From assembly GCF_009914755.1 (NCBI RefSeq), contig NC_060940.1: a stretch of DNA of 64,000 nucleotides; one strand, given 5' to 3'. The notes under the pieces are model-generated. The model was not told the DNA's origin. It saw only the letters and a list, made by a program, of their open reading frames with translations, and searched no databases. Positions within the stretch are counted from its first letter, which is position 1; every line of letters starts with the position of its first letter. Origin of the DNA: the human T2T-CHM13v2.0 reference genome, Homo sapiens. Below are positions 29,496-43,582 of the stretch, piece by piece. A program made the position numbers and the translations under genes.

Positions 29496-30610
29496 TTCTC
29501 AACAATAAACAACATATCAGAGGGTTCTCCTACCCTCGGATGAAACCAGAGACGTGCTTCTTTCTCCTGAAGCCCATTTGAAAACCTCCATGAACCAGGA
29601 CAGGGATGGAGGATTTCCTATTTCGGAGGAGGGAAGGAAGCCACAGACTCTACAAGTAAACTAAGCACATGATCCCACGAAGGCACATCCAAGGCTCTCT
29701 TTTGAAAGTTGATCTTTAACAAAGTTAATTTAGGCTGTGGAGTATTTTTTGGTGAGTTAAAAGATTATTTTTATGCTTCTGCAAATGAGCACATCACACC
29801 CCAAAACCAGAGACTAAAACAGCCCTCTTCATTCAACCCCAATGAAAACAGGAATTGTTTGGGAATCTCTTGCCCTAGAAGACAGGGAACATGGGAGTGG
29901 GGAGTGGGCGGTGGCATGGACAGCTGGCTTCAGCTCCTGTGCTTTTCATGGGAGAAAGGCAGGCTTATGATAGACAGCTAGAAAATTAACCCACAAGAGA
30001 CAAGCCAAAGCACCAGGCTCAGAAGGTGGAAGGTTAGAAGGAAGCACATTTCTGTTTTCATATTTTAGGAAAGAGATCTTCAAAATGCTCTCAGCCCTAC
30101 CTCCCTTTTTCAGGGCATGGTTAATATATGGCAGAGGAGACAGCCATCCTGTGTCCTTTTCTAAACAGTTCCCTGAGAAAACTTCTGCATACACGTTGGC
30201 ATAAATGACACGTGAGATCTCGCTGATATCCTGGCTGGTGTGCACTGGTGCAGCAGAACTGGTTATTTAAAGGCTGAAATGCTTCCGTTTTGCTTGTGAA
30301 TAGCCACATCTTCCAGGAACCCCAAGTGCCCCCTGCCACTCAGCCCCTCCCTTGGGAACCCCCTACCTCCCCATAACCAGCCACTAAAGGATTAACACCT
30401 CACATAACAGGTGCTCCAGAATTCTACAAAGTGAGTGTCTATTCTGATTCAGCTGTGATAATGCTGTAGTGGTTAAATATTTTGAGTATTCCTCACAGCT
30501 GTTAATATCAAACATAAATCTCTCCCACTTTTGTTTAAAACTCATTTTACTGCCCCCTGCCACCTGGGCAATATCCCTTTCCTATCACAAGGCAGTTCTT
30601 GTTACAACCT

Positions 30611-31110
30611 TGTGGGGATTCAATCAGACTGGTGGGAAAAATTTTGGTTATAGAGAATAGCCACAAACCTTCTTGGAAGGCCTGAAGGTTTTTGCAAAAG
30701 TCTGAGAATAAGTTTATGGCTTAAGGCAACCTAATCCTTACCTTAAGTAAATAGCTTGAAGTGGGTACAAAGGAAGGCAGAGCAGTTTATCTAACTAGCT
30801 TGTTTACTCACGTGGTCTTAAGACCAATATTTGATCATTCTTGAGTGCATGATGGCTCTCTCCGGGGTAGGGGCAACCAGGTTAATTACCCACCAATGTG
30901 TTTACTCACAACCTTTGTCAATTAATATTTACTGAATAAATGTGAGTCTCACTGGCAAGTCGAGGCCGTGGCCACTGACTCTGTACAGAACCTTCCTTGG
31001 TGTCTGTAAGTGGCACGGACACTCAGCTAGACTGGCAAAGCAGAATATCTGTGCGTCAGGGAACTTTATTCATCTGTCATTGGGTCAGGGTCTGCGGGAC
31101 GGACCCCGCA
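30611..31110 (+). mobile_element. LTR22-type (HERV-K HML-5) solo LTR
   Basis: TG...CA termini, tgtggggattcaatcagactggtgggaaaaatt...gggtcagggtctgcgggacggaccccgca. AATAAA at 30935-30940. 6-bp TSD caacct/aaacct. Confidence 0.8.
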
Positions 31111-32366
31111 AAACCTCACCCTGCCTCTGCTTTTTTAGAGAAAGGAACAAACAAGGGCTTCCCATCCCTACCGTTCCCCACAAAGCCTGGGACACGAACA
31201 TGACTCCAGCCCAATTGGACGTGAGTCTCTACCTAGACTCCTGGCAAATCATAACAGTGGGGTCCCACAGAATGATTTTCTGCTGAGAAATTTTACATAT
31301 TAAAGCAATGATTGAAACAACACTGATACAGAGACAATGGGTGAGCAATGCCTGGTGATGAAGAATGAATAATCATAGAACTCCCCGCCAGGCTTCAAAA
31401 TATTTATTATTTTTTAGAAATTCAAATTACTCCACTGTATGTTATATTGGAAGCCATCATTGTCTGAGGTTTTCCATTTACACAATGAGAAATATCAAAG
31501 CAGTTAAAATATGCAATACCTAGGGAATATAAAAGCGATGCTTAAATTAAAATATATTCCATGGCAGGTGTCTTAAAAGAGATGCAAATTATAACAATGA
31601 GTTAATATTTTTGTCTAGCCAATCAGAAAAATTTCTGTTTCAAGAGCCAGCCAGAGTTAAGTGACAGAGATACTTTAAGACATAGTTATTAGAAGTGTCC
31701 AGTGATTCAATCTTTCTGGGAACAAATTAACGGAACCTTAATTGGTTCTGTATTGATAGTTTTAAAATTCTTTAATTTCAGTAATGGATTCTATTAAAAG
31801 CCAATAATCTGTGATGTAGACATTTCATTACAAAGATGTTAAACAAGGTATTGGTTTTCATGGCAAAAAATTGGGGAAAATCTAAATTATCAAGTAAATC
31901 ATGAGATATCCACAGAATAGAAAACATAGAAGATAAAAATGTTTACAAGTAATCTGAAAGCCTCATGATAAAATGTTAAGCAAATTAAAAGCTATCTATA
32001 AAATTATATAGTGTGTATTTGTAAATAAGGTATAGGAAAACAGACTAGAGGGAAATAAACCAAAATGTTAATAGCAGTTGTCTGTGGATGCTGAGAGTAA
32101 AGGTGATTTTTATTTTCTTTATACTGCCCTGATTCTCACAAAATCCTCTAAAATACATATGTATAGATTACTTGTATATTAGCTGTGATTTTTTTCAACA
32201 GTTCTTAAAGTTCTTATATTTTTGATATATATATACATATATATATATATATGTATATATATATACTGACATATTTACTGATGAACACAATGATGTCTTG
32301 GATTTGCTTTAAAATGATCCAGCAGTGGGTCCATGATAAAAATATTTCTTTCAATGCTGCTAAACA

Positions 32367-32550
32367 GGAGAGAGACAGAGACAGAGAGAGAGAGAAGAGG
32401 AGAGGGGAGGGGAGGGGAGGGGAGAAAGGAGGGGAGGGGAGAAAGGAGGGGAGGGGAGAAAGGAGGGGAGGGGAGAGGAGAAGAGAAGAGAGGAGTGGAG
32501 AAGGGAGGGGAGGGAAGAGAAAAAGAAGAGAGGAGAAGAGAAGAGGAAAA
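32367..32550. repeat. Polypurine/polypyrimidine low-complexity tract (GA, GGGGA, GAGGA units)
   Basis: About 180 bp of almost pure purine on the plus strand, preceded by a (TA)n tract at ~32225-32265. Confidence 0.95.
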
Positions 32551-33422
32551 ACTAGTATCAATTAACCAAGGCAAAACCAATAGCAAATTTGTTTTTAACT
32601 AAAGTGCAAATTTGACCATGAAGGTCTTCACCCAAGGCCTGCCATTTTCAAAATCCCATTCATGGAAGCCATGCACACACCCTAACACCAGAACTACAGC
32701 AAGCCTGCCTTTTTCCACAGCTCCACAGCTTCTTCACATCGTTCTGAGTCTACTCACCCAAGTCAGTTAATACTACATTTCCTCAGTCCTACAGATATCT
32801 TAGCATTAAAACAATTCGCCAGGAAAATATGTCTTTTTCTTTCACCCCTAGGACAGCAGACTAGCAAGACGATATGGATTTCAAATGCCACTCACTCTTC
32901 CTGGGCAGGTATTCCTAATTTGAAGAGACAAGATAGAGCAGGAGACATTCAGCCATTTGTGACAACAAAACGGAAATCTGCAAAAAGCTCAATGTTTGAT
33001 GGTAAGAAATGCCATCCAGAGGAGAATTTGGAAGCTTTCAAGACCACTCAAGACTGGCAGCCTTGAGGAACAGGTTAAGAGGAGAGGAAGGCTTAGATTG
33101 TGAACTCAATTCTGCTCCTCCATGAGCCAGCCTTCCCTCTACAGCTCATCTTCAGCTGTGGGGGATGACAACCTGTAGGGGCAGGCACCCAGGACACAAG
33201 CCTCTTCCAGACCAGCTCTCCAATTTGACCCCAGATCCCTACCCTCAGACCTGTGGATGAAGCTGTCCCTCCTCTGCATTCCCATGGTCCCGTGAATACA
33301 ATCATACTGCACTTGCATTATGAGTCTCTCCAGCTAGATTCTGAAACAAATTGATAACAGATGCATCCACAAAGCATTTTGGTCCAAGGACAAAGCCAAG
33401 AAATGTATGAAGAATGAACATA

Positions 33423-33831
33423 CATTTGACCTGTGAACAACACACTGCATGCGTCTACCTATACGCAAATTTCTTCTCCCTCTGCCAACCCCTGAGGCAG
33501 CAAGACCAACCCCTCCTCTTCCTCCTCCTCCTCAGCCTCCTCAATGTAAAGACAAGGATGAAGACCTTTATGATGACCCACATCCACTTGAATAGCAAAC
33601 ATATTTTCTTCCTTACGATTTTCCTTATGATCTTCTTTTCTATGGCTTACTTAAGAATCTACTATATAATACATATAGCATAGAAAATTTGTATTAATTG
33701 ACTGTCTATGTTATTGGTAAGGCTTCTGATCAACAGTGGGCTATAGTTTATGGGAATCAAAAGTTATACATGGATTTTAAACTGCATGGGGGTTAATGCA
33801 ACTAGCGCCTGCATTATTCAAGGATCAACTG
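33423..33831. mobile_element. Tigger2a-type DNA transposon
   Basis: TIR-like ends catttgacctgtgaacaac...ttattcaaggatcaactg and internal cagcaagaccaacccctcctcttcctcctcc. Confidence 0.82.
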
Positions 33832-34160
33832 TGTTAATAAACCAATAAATAAATCAAATCCAAGGAAGTCTATGAAAGGGTTTCAGAGGGTCTGTGATCC
33901 CCTGAAATTGCACATAATTTTGACTGCATGTTTATGAACACGCACTCCTCTGGAAGGGTCCGTAGCCTTCATTAGATTTTAAAGTGGTCCCCAACTCCCC
34001 CCAAAATCACCCCAAATTATCTTAAATTCTTTGAGTGAGTTTGTGAGCCAAGCTTCAAGGTGTCAGTGATTTTTGGAAATCACAACTTACATTTTAGAGT
34101 GAGTTTATTTTTGTTTTGGCAAAAGAGTCACTGTTAGGGACCAATGGAAACAATTAACCT

Positions 34161-34202
34161 TTTTCAAGTCAGGGATTGTAGTTTTCAAGTCAGGGATTGT
34201 AG
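34161..34202. repeat. Perfect 21-bp tandem duplication
   Basis: ttttcaagtcagggattgtag x2. Confidence 0.97.
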
Positions 34203-35391
34203 TTTAAGAGAAGATCCTTTCCATATGCCGACTTCAGCAAAAAAAAATCACAAACAGAAAGAAATTTCCATTCCAATTAATATTTTCCCTCCTGAAATGG
34301 GTAACATAGCCACCTCCATGGAAGGGAACCTGAGTTCGAAGATCTACGATGCATTAATGGAGCAAATATTCTTTCTCTGAATGCTCTATTGTATTATTTA
34401 GGTTTTTTCGCTCTGTACATCAACATCTATTTCAAAGTTTAAAAAATGGAGACAATATATCAATTGCCATCCCATGGAAAGTTCCAAAATTTGAACAGAA
34501 AGTGAAAGCATTTGGAAAGCAATTTCAGGTTCGTTTTTCTTTGGGGGGATGTGGGGGAATAGGAGAAGTGGATAAACAACAGAATAGTATCTAGAGTATT
34601 TTCTGCCATAAGCAGATGTTCCAAATGCAGGAGAATACAACTGACTAAAAAGAATAATTTGCCAACTGAAAAACCAGAGAGGAGTCTGGCTGGCTCTTTA
34701 GAATACAAACATATTACTACAGTAAGATGTGCAAAACAAGCTGAATATACTTTATTAAGTAATAATGATTAACCTGATACAAGTGCAAAAACACCCCATT
34801 TCGAGATCATTGGCAATTATTCTAAACATTGTCTTCTGTAGATGAGCTTCTTAGCCAAAAACATTTTCACTAGTAAATATGAGGCCGGCTGACCTACTTA
34901 TGTTTTTATTTATATATGTGTGTGTGAGTTGATATATACATAGGTTGTCTGCTTTTCAAATATCTTCTACCTTCAGGATAATGTAAAGTCTTTTGGGAAC
35001 TTGAGGTGATGATGCAGGGATTATAAATTCCTCCTCCATGCCAGGCAAATTTATACTGAATTACTCACACACTTGGAAAAAGTGAGGATGTTGGTTTTCA
35101 GCCAAATGCTTGGCCTAAAGCACCAAGGCTTGGAGATCTTTTTTTAAAAATCAAGGATTTGAGAGGTACAGAGTGTTTGAATAAGAAAGAGCCTCAGAGG
35201 TGACCCAACCCAACCTTGCAAGCCCAATTTTCCACCTCATTCCTGAGGGACAGACAGTCACTGTTAGCTCAATCATATCCTGATATAGCCTTCCTATTCC
35301 ATGAATCCTCACAGTCTTCTGTTAGAGACCTAATTGCCGAAGCTTATTCCTCATATCAAGATGAAACTTTACTCCTTATAGTTTCACTCTT

Positions 35392-35682
35392 GGCCAGGTG
35401 CCGTGGCTAACGCCTGTAGTCCAGCACTTTAGGAGGCCAAAGCGGGTGGATCACCTGAGGTCAGGAGTTCAAGACCAGCCTGGCCAACATGGTAAAACCC
35501 CATCTCTACTAAAAATACAAAGTTAGCTGATGGTGGTGGCAGGTGCCTGTAATCCCAGCTACTCAGGAGGCTGAGGCAGGAGCATCACTTGAACCCAGGC
35601 GGCAGAGGTTGCAGTAAACCAAGATCGTGCCATTGAACTCCAGCCTGGGCGACAAGAGCAAAACTCTGTCTCAAATAATAAC

Positions 35683-35727
<45 letters not shown>
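35392..35727 (+). mobile_element. AluS with (AAT)n microsatellite tail
   Basis: Dimeric Alu with TSD tttcactctt. Confidence 0.95.
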
Positions 35728-36004
35728 TTCACTCTTATGTCTGTCCCCAGAACAATAACAAAATTAAGACTTAACCTTCTACCTTGTAACAGCCCATGGA
35801 GTATCTGAACACTTCTCCCATATCCCCTCTGAGATTTCCCTTCTCCAGGCTAAACATCCCTAAATACTTCTTCTGAAACTCTTAATATATTTCATTTAGA
35901 GTCTACGCAATCCTAAAGGCCCTTTTTCTGCATGCATTGCAATTTTTCAACGTCCATCTTTAGATATCACTCCTCGGAACTAAGTGCAATGCTACATATA
36001 ATGG

Positions 36005-36500
36005 TGTTAGTGTTGCTGGAGACATCACCAGTTGTACCACTGAAGCATCACCCCACACCCTTGCTAACAGAAGCAATTTTGCTCAGTGGCAATTACCCAT
36101 TCTCAGAGAGGAATCCTGGATCTCTATCATTGTTGTTTGAGCAGTGGGAATGTGACCCAGTTCTGGCCACTGACATGTAAGAGGAAGTCTACTCCAATGA
36201 AAGGATAGAGGCCCTAGAAGAAGGCTTATTTTTCTCTCCCTTTTTTTCCAGTTTTGAATGCTAGGAGGTGAAGGTGTGATGGCTGGAACAGAAGCAGCCA
36301 TATTGTGACTCAGATAAACCAGCAGCTGAGGAAGGCAAAGTAGAAGAATGGGAAGGATCTGAGTCCTCAATGTGACATTAAGTCACTAAGCTAGATCTGA
36401 GGCTCCTTACTAAGCAAAAAACTGAATGTCTTTAATGGTTTAAGACACTGTTGGTCAAAGACTCTGTTACTTGCACCTGAAAGCACTCCAAACAACAGAA
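36005..36500 (+). mobile_element. Old MLT1 LTR
   Basis: gtgacccagttctggccactgacatgtaagagga...gatggctggaacagaagcagccatattgtgac...ctgttacttgcacctgaaagcac. Confidence 0.7.
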
Positions 36501-37287
36501 GAGGTATAATGGAGCTATCACCTCCCTTGATTTAAACATTATATTTCTATAAATGTGGCCTCCACTTTTTATAAGGCCACAACGTATGTGGCCTCCACAT
36601 ATATTTCTAGATATGTGGCCTCCACATATCCCCACTTAGGATCTGCTGAGCTTCTGGTCAATACAAAATAAACAAACAAACAAATAAAAAGTCTGTATTT
36701 GAGCACCATGATCTCAAATACTCACAGAAACCATATCATTAACATAAATGTATGAATCACCCTAGATATGGGATAACAGAGTGGGGACAGCTGTAGTGAA
36801 TTTGAAAATGCATGCTGTCTAAAGACATTAAAATTCAAGCATTTAAAAATGCTGTACTGGTGAAACAAAATGCATCTATGAGCCAGATTCAGCGTGCAGT
36901 ACACCGGTTCATGACCCTTGCAAAAACCATTCCCAAGTGAGTTGGATGTGATAGTTGGAACAGAGGCAGCCACATTATGACTAAGTGAGTTGCAAAGTCT
37001 CACATCCCCCTTTCTGCAATAGTGAAAATTCTTCTTCAAACTATTGAGAGAGGTTGGTCAAAAGGCACCAACTTCCACTTGTAAGGTAAATAGGTTCTAG
37101 AGACCTAATGTATAGCATGGTGACTGGTGATAGCATGGTGACAATACAAAAATATATTGTATACAGGCAATTTGCTAAGATACCACATCTTAAGTAATCT
37201 CATCACACAATAAATGTAACCATGTGAGGTAATGGATATGTTAATTAGTTTGATGGTGACAATCATCTCACATTTACTTGTATATCA

Positions 37288-37718
<431 letters not shown>

Positions 37719-40700
37719 TCAATCTGAAGTTTTGAATTTTAATTCCATCATCCAACATCTTAATCCTTTTAGTCAAGACAACCAAAATATGAACATCAAA
37801 ATCTGTTATTTGTCTTGCATCTGAGCCCCTTCCCTAAATCAAATGTATTCGTAGTCATTAACTTGAAAGGGTAATAAAATAAGAGCAAAAGAATAAGAAC
37901 CCAAAGCCCTAGGTTCTAGTTACAGCTTTGAACAATGCACAAATTACTGCAACTCCCAGATCCTTTATTTCCTCATCTGAAAATAGAGATTCTTTAAACA
38001 AATACCTTTGGAGCTGCCAGGTTCCCCAGGCTATCACTGAGTTATTAATCCTTGGCAGAGATAAAATGAGAAACTATATATGTCCACACTCTAAATCCCT
38101 AAGCCTCGTGCAAACATATGGTCCAGTTGGTGGAGTCATTTAGTGCAAAGGTCAATGAGATAGTCTTCTCCTACGATCACTTTCATGCTGGCCACATTTA
38201 GCTTCCGTTTGCCAGGATACAGCTCTCAGCAAGTCCTACAAAGGCAAAGGAAGCTTCTGATTGTCTCAGTTAAGAAAATACAAATCATTTCATGTTAGAC
38301 CCTCCACTTCTGACAGTTCTGTGGGATTCACTCCCAGTTTCTTTCAGAGCATACCCTCATGTAACCACATCATCCTTAATCACTCTTTCTGGTTATTAAA
38401 AAGTACATGTACACTGGAGAAAAATAAAAACTAAAAAATGCAGACGCAATAACAATAGCATTCCTGTAATAAGCATTTATTATAAGGTAGGCACTGAGAC
38501 ATGGACTAATATCCATGATGTCATTTAAATCTCACAACTCTACAAAGTGGATGCTATTATTGTTCCCATTTTAGAGATGAAGACATTGAGGCTCAAGATA
38601 TTAAGAACTTCCCCATGATCACCCAGCCAGTAAGAGGTGGAATCCCTGAATTTAAATTCAGGCAATCTAACTCAAAGTACAATACATTAACCACTTGATA
38701 ATGACATTCTTTAAAAGATTAAAGCAGCCATGAGTCTACCACCCCAAAGATAACTGCTATTCATATTTTGGTATGTTTGTTGCCAGTCTTTCCTTGATGA
38801 GGCACAAAATTTTCAGAGCTGGAAGAGATCTTAGTGATAATTTTGTCCCAAATCCTCATTTTGCAGGAGAACCAGAGGTTCAGACAGGTGAAGGGCCTTT
38901 TCTAAGGTCACACAGGTATTTTTGAAAATTGAATTTCATTCTTCAGACTCTTTGTCCAAGGTTTTCTTGGATCTTCCAACTCAAGTTGATTCATCATGGC
39001 TGCCTGGAGTACTGTGTTGAGAAGGCCTTAAGGCCAGTGGGCTCAACAGGGCCAGGTGTTATAGGAGATTAATGATGGCAGCAGTGAACATGGCATCCAT
39101 GGTTGCATACATGCCATAGATCTGCCGTCTTATCCAGGAGCAGCCCCTGGAAGAGCTACTTCCCTCACCTACATCATAGGCCTCACAGCCAAGTGCCTTC
39201 AGGATACTGTGTATGTAACATAAATGAGTGAAGTGAAGTGAAGTGAAGTGACTTTGGGGAATTTAAGAAAGGAGGGGCACCTGTCCTGTCCCAGGATGGC
39301 AGTGGGAGGGCAGGGATCGTGGCAGGTGGGGTTGGGGGATGAGATTCATCTCCAGCCAACTGTTGCCATAGGGGGAATCGGGGCCAGTATGGCCAGGCCT
39401 TCTGACTGTTTCAAAGCAGCATGAAGTTTGGATTTTCTTTTCAATGGGATGTCTTCCAACTTTAAAATGTTGGCAAAGAATTAGAAGTTGAAAGATCAAG
39501 GGTGGGGGATGCAGGACAAACAAAAGACACCAATTAATAACCTTATAATGTCTCATTTATGTGATGACTTATCAGAGGCTACCAACTCTCTATTACAAAC
39601 CAGAGATTCAGTTCCTGTTTCTCTTCTGCACAGCCCTCTTTCTCTCTCTTTCCCCACTCACTCTGCCTACAGTAGCATTTTCCATCTGAGGCTATGAGAA
39701 AGAAGATAAACACCGCTGCAAACCCACCAGACCACAGCTCTTCAGGGCCCAAACGATTGTCAGCAACCCCTGAGGGCTACTTGGAGTGTGAGTCACGCTA
39801 CCGGGAGGACGCCTGTTGGTCTCTGATGACTTAAGTGAGGAGGTGTTGATGATCGCATCTGACATGCCTCATGGAAAAGACTAAAGATAGGTCTCCCCAC
39901 TCTCCCAGGAACTACCTGATGCCTCTTTAGCAGGAGCTGAGTGGGCTCCACCAACATTCCGATCTGTGCGTCTGCCCTTTTCGAGAGCTCTCAGTGTTTA
40001 ATGGGAAGGCCCATCACTCGCATCCAAACTCTGGAGCTGCCAGGTTACAAGAGCACCAACTTCCACCTCCTGCTGATGAGCTGTTATTCAGCAGTTCTCT
40101 ACAGGCCTTTCGTATGTAACCCCCCAATTTATGCTAATCCTCAGGATGGCTGGTAATTATCTGCCCACTAGAGAGAAGAGAAAAATTGGCAAACACCTAT
40201 GAAATCAGTCAGCATTGAGGGAACAAACACTGCACGAATGCCCTGAACCATATTGTGATATGTTCATCCGGAAGCTCCAACAAGCTGGCATCGGAGCCAA
40301 TGACTAGATTCATTCAATCAACAAACATTTACCGTGTAACAAACGCAAAGGGCAGGACAAGTGTGAGGTACTGAAAAGGATGCCCCTATGGAGCACAAAT
40401 GAATATTATTAATGGTGGAAAAAGAGAGAAATTGTTAAAATAATTGTGGTATGAACTGAACACTCTGCAGCCATTGAAAATCAAGTTTAAGAAGTCTATG
40501 TAGTGATAAAGGAAAATTCCAAGAATACATAATCAAGTTTAAAAAAATATATAAAAGCAGGTTGTGAAATAAAACGGGGTCAAAATCCGAGTGAACACAC
40601 TCAGTAACCTTCCTTTTCTGCTCCTAAGACATAGAATTTTTAAAGAAACCTTTAGTTATTTTTAAATTTACATAGTATTGCTTGCAAATAAGAAAAGAGA

Positions 40701-41608
40701 ATCACAGATCAAAAATAGAGAGTAATCCCTAAAAATAAATGAACTGAAAGACGGGACTCTAGGGTTTCAAGTAGGAATCAAAGCCACATAATCCATGGAG
40801 GATAGGTCCAATATGAGCCATGAGAACAGAGGTGTCAATGTCCATCCAGGGAAAAAGGGGAAGAACTGGACCTAGAATCAGGCTGCTAGCTGTGGATGGT
40901 GCTGGAACATCTGCACCATCCACCATTAGTCACAGCCAAAAAGCAGGACCCTATCTGTGTCAAGGAGCCAAAATGAAGTCACCTACATGAGATGGACTCC
41001 TAAGCCTGTACCACAGGCCACGTAGAATGGGAAGAGAGTACAAACCTGAGCTGCTGACATGGGCTCTGGCTTAAAATACACACCCTCACAGACACAGGGC
41101 ATAAGAAATCATAAAGTTGCCTTGAAAATAAGTTCACAAACAAAAATTAAAGAACATATGTGAACATCCAACTAACTGACTCTACAAATGAAGGACTTCA
41201 CAACTGAAGAAGGAAAGATGCTAGAGCAATCAGAGAAGAACTTTATAATACATATTTTTTAGTCTTTGAAGGGACAGGGGAGGGAGTTACATGCAAAAAG
41301 TGAGAAGAGTTTTTCATTATTTATAACACAAAAAAACAGGGAGGTGTAAAGAGGAACCAATTATTATCTTGGAAATAAAGTATATCCTTGTTGAAATCTA
41401 TAACTCAACAGATAGTCAAAATAATAGACCATCCATGCTGTTTCTTTCTAAAATAAAATAATAGACCAGACACAAATGAAATGATGTAGTTAACTGGAGT
41501 ATAGAATTGAAGAAACCTTCCCAAACACAGCACAAACAGAGAACTGGAAAAAAAAAAAAACAAGATACATGGAGAATTGACTGAGAAATTACATATATAT
41601 ATATAGTA

Positions 41609-41966
41609 CAGTCATGTGCTGCATAAGGAGGTTTAGGTCAACAATGGACCACAAGTACACAATGCTGGTCCCATAAGATTATATTCTAAGTTTTTGCTGT
41701 ACCTTTTCTGTGCTTAGATATGTTTAGATACACAAATACTCACCAATGTATTACAGTTGCTTACAATATTTAGTATAGCATTCATACAGTAGAGTATGCT
41801 GTAGAGGCTTGTAGCCTAGGAGCAAGAGCCTATAGCTCATAGCCTAGGTGTGTAACAGACTATACCACCTAGGTTTGTGTAAGTGCACTCTGTGATGTTC
41901 ACACGATTAAATCACCTAACGATCCATTTCTCAGAACGTGTCCCACCATGAAGCAACGCATGACTA
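41609..41966. mobile_element. Tigger3/MER7-type DNA transposon inserted in an old L1
   Basis: TIRs cagtcatgtgctgcataa...gaagcaacgcatgacta with TA flanks. Confidence 0.82.
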
Positions 41967-42685
41967 TACATATGCATGTATATTCAGAAGGAGAGAATAG
42001 AAAGAATGATGGAAAGAAAGAATCCAACAGATAGCGGCTGAGATTTTTTCCAGAATTAAAGAAAATCTTGAATCCTCTAAGAAAGTCCACAGAGGGCAAA
42101 GCACAATAAGAAAAACCATATATACTATAAAATCCTGAGCATGCAACTAAATAGATAAAAGGAAATACACCAAAGTGTCAGTAATGTTTACCCATGGTGA
42201 TAGGATTTGGAGAGAGATTTTTATCTTCTTTAAATTTCAATGTATTTCCTAAGTGCTCTACAATGAAAAGGCATTATTTTTATATGTCTGCGGAGGAGAG
42301 AAGCATTTGTCATGTCAAATACACATATACAGATAAACAGTTTTTTAAAAAATCTGCCCTCAAACGACTTACACTCTGGCAGAAGACATGAGGCTTGCAT
42401 AGGAATAACATAGAAAACGAAACCCAAGTGATAACTGGCATGGATGGATATAGCTAAAATCTGAGCCTCGTCTTTTCCTGCATGGAGCAATTAGGAATAT
42501 GGGGAGAAGTGATGGGGGGTGAGAGGGTTAAGGACACTGAGCAGAAGTGTAAAGATCTAGCCCATATTCTGGGCTTACCAGGGACTATTACTGCAGCTGG
42601 AGTGTATTTCACTTAGACAGGGTCAAAATGGCCAAGCCAAGATAAGATTAGAACTTCATCTACATCGAGCATTATTTTCACCTCT

Positions 42686-43010
42686 TATTTATTGATTTTA
42701 ATTTTCCTTCTTTTTTTTTTTTTTTTTTGAGACAAAGTCTCACTCTGTCACCCAGGCTAGAGCGCAGTGGCATGATGTTGGCTTGCTGCCACCTCCACCT
42801 CCCAGGTTCATGCAATTCTCCCTGCCTCAGCCTCCTGAGTAGCTGGGATTACAGGGGCCTGCCACCACATCCAGCTGATTTTTGTATTTTTGTAGAGATG
42901 GGGTTTCAGCATGTTGGCCAGGCTGGTCTTGAACTCCTGACCTCAGGTGATCCACCCGCCTTGGCCTCCCAAAGTGCTAGGATTACAGGTGTGAACCACC
43001 TCACTCAGCC
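42686..43010 (-). mobile_element. Alu (AluS-type)
   Basis: Reverse Alu with 14-bp TSD ttattttcacctct. Confidence 0.95.
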
Positions 43011-43183
43011 TTATTTTCACCTCTAATTTAGTTATATTGCAAGACTACCCAATGATGCGAGCAAAACATTAGCACCTCCATTGTAAATTAAATTAACACC
43101 ACAAAAATCCACCACATTTGCATGACATTTCAATTGTTATAAGGCTTTGTTATTTTCTTCAACGGTCAAGTAGACAGACAGAA

Positions 43184-43582
43184 GGAAAATGTGGCACATA
43201 CACACCATGGAATACTATGCAGCCATAAAAAAGGATGAGTTCATGTCCTTTGTAGGGACACGGATGAAGCTGGAAACCATCATTCTCAGCAAACTAACGC
43301 AAGGACAAAAAACCAAACACCGCATGTTCTCACTCATAGGTGGGAATTGAACAATGAGAACACTTGGACACAGGAAGGGGAACATCACACACTGGGGCCT
43401 GTCATGGGGTGGGGGGAGGGGGGATGGATAGCACTAGGAGATATACCTAATGTAAATGACGAGTTAATGGGTGCAGCACACCAACATGGCACATGTATAC
43501 ATATGTAACAAACCTGCACGTTGTGCACATATACCCTAGAACTTAAAGTAAAAATAAAAATAAAAATAAAAAAAGTTAAAAA
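43184..43582 (+). mobile_element. L1PA 3' end
   Basis: Close match to L1PA ORF2 end and 3'UTR (ccatggaatactatgcagccataaaaaaggatgagttcatgtcctttg...) with A-rich tail. Confidence 0.95.
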
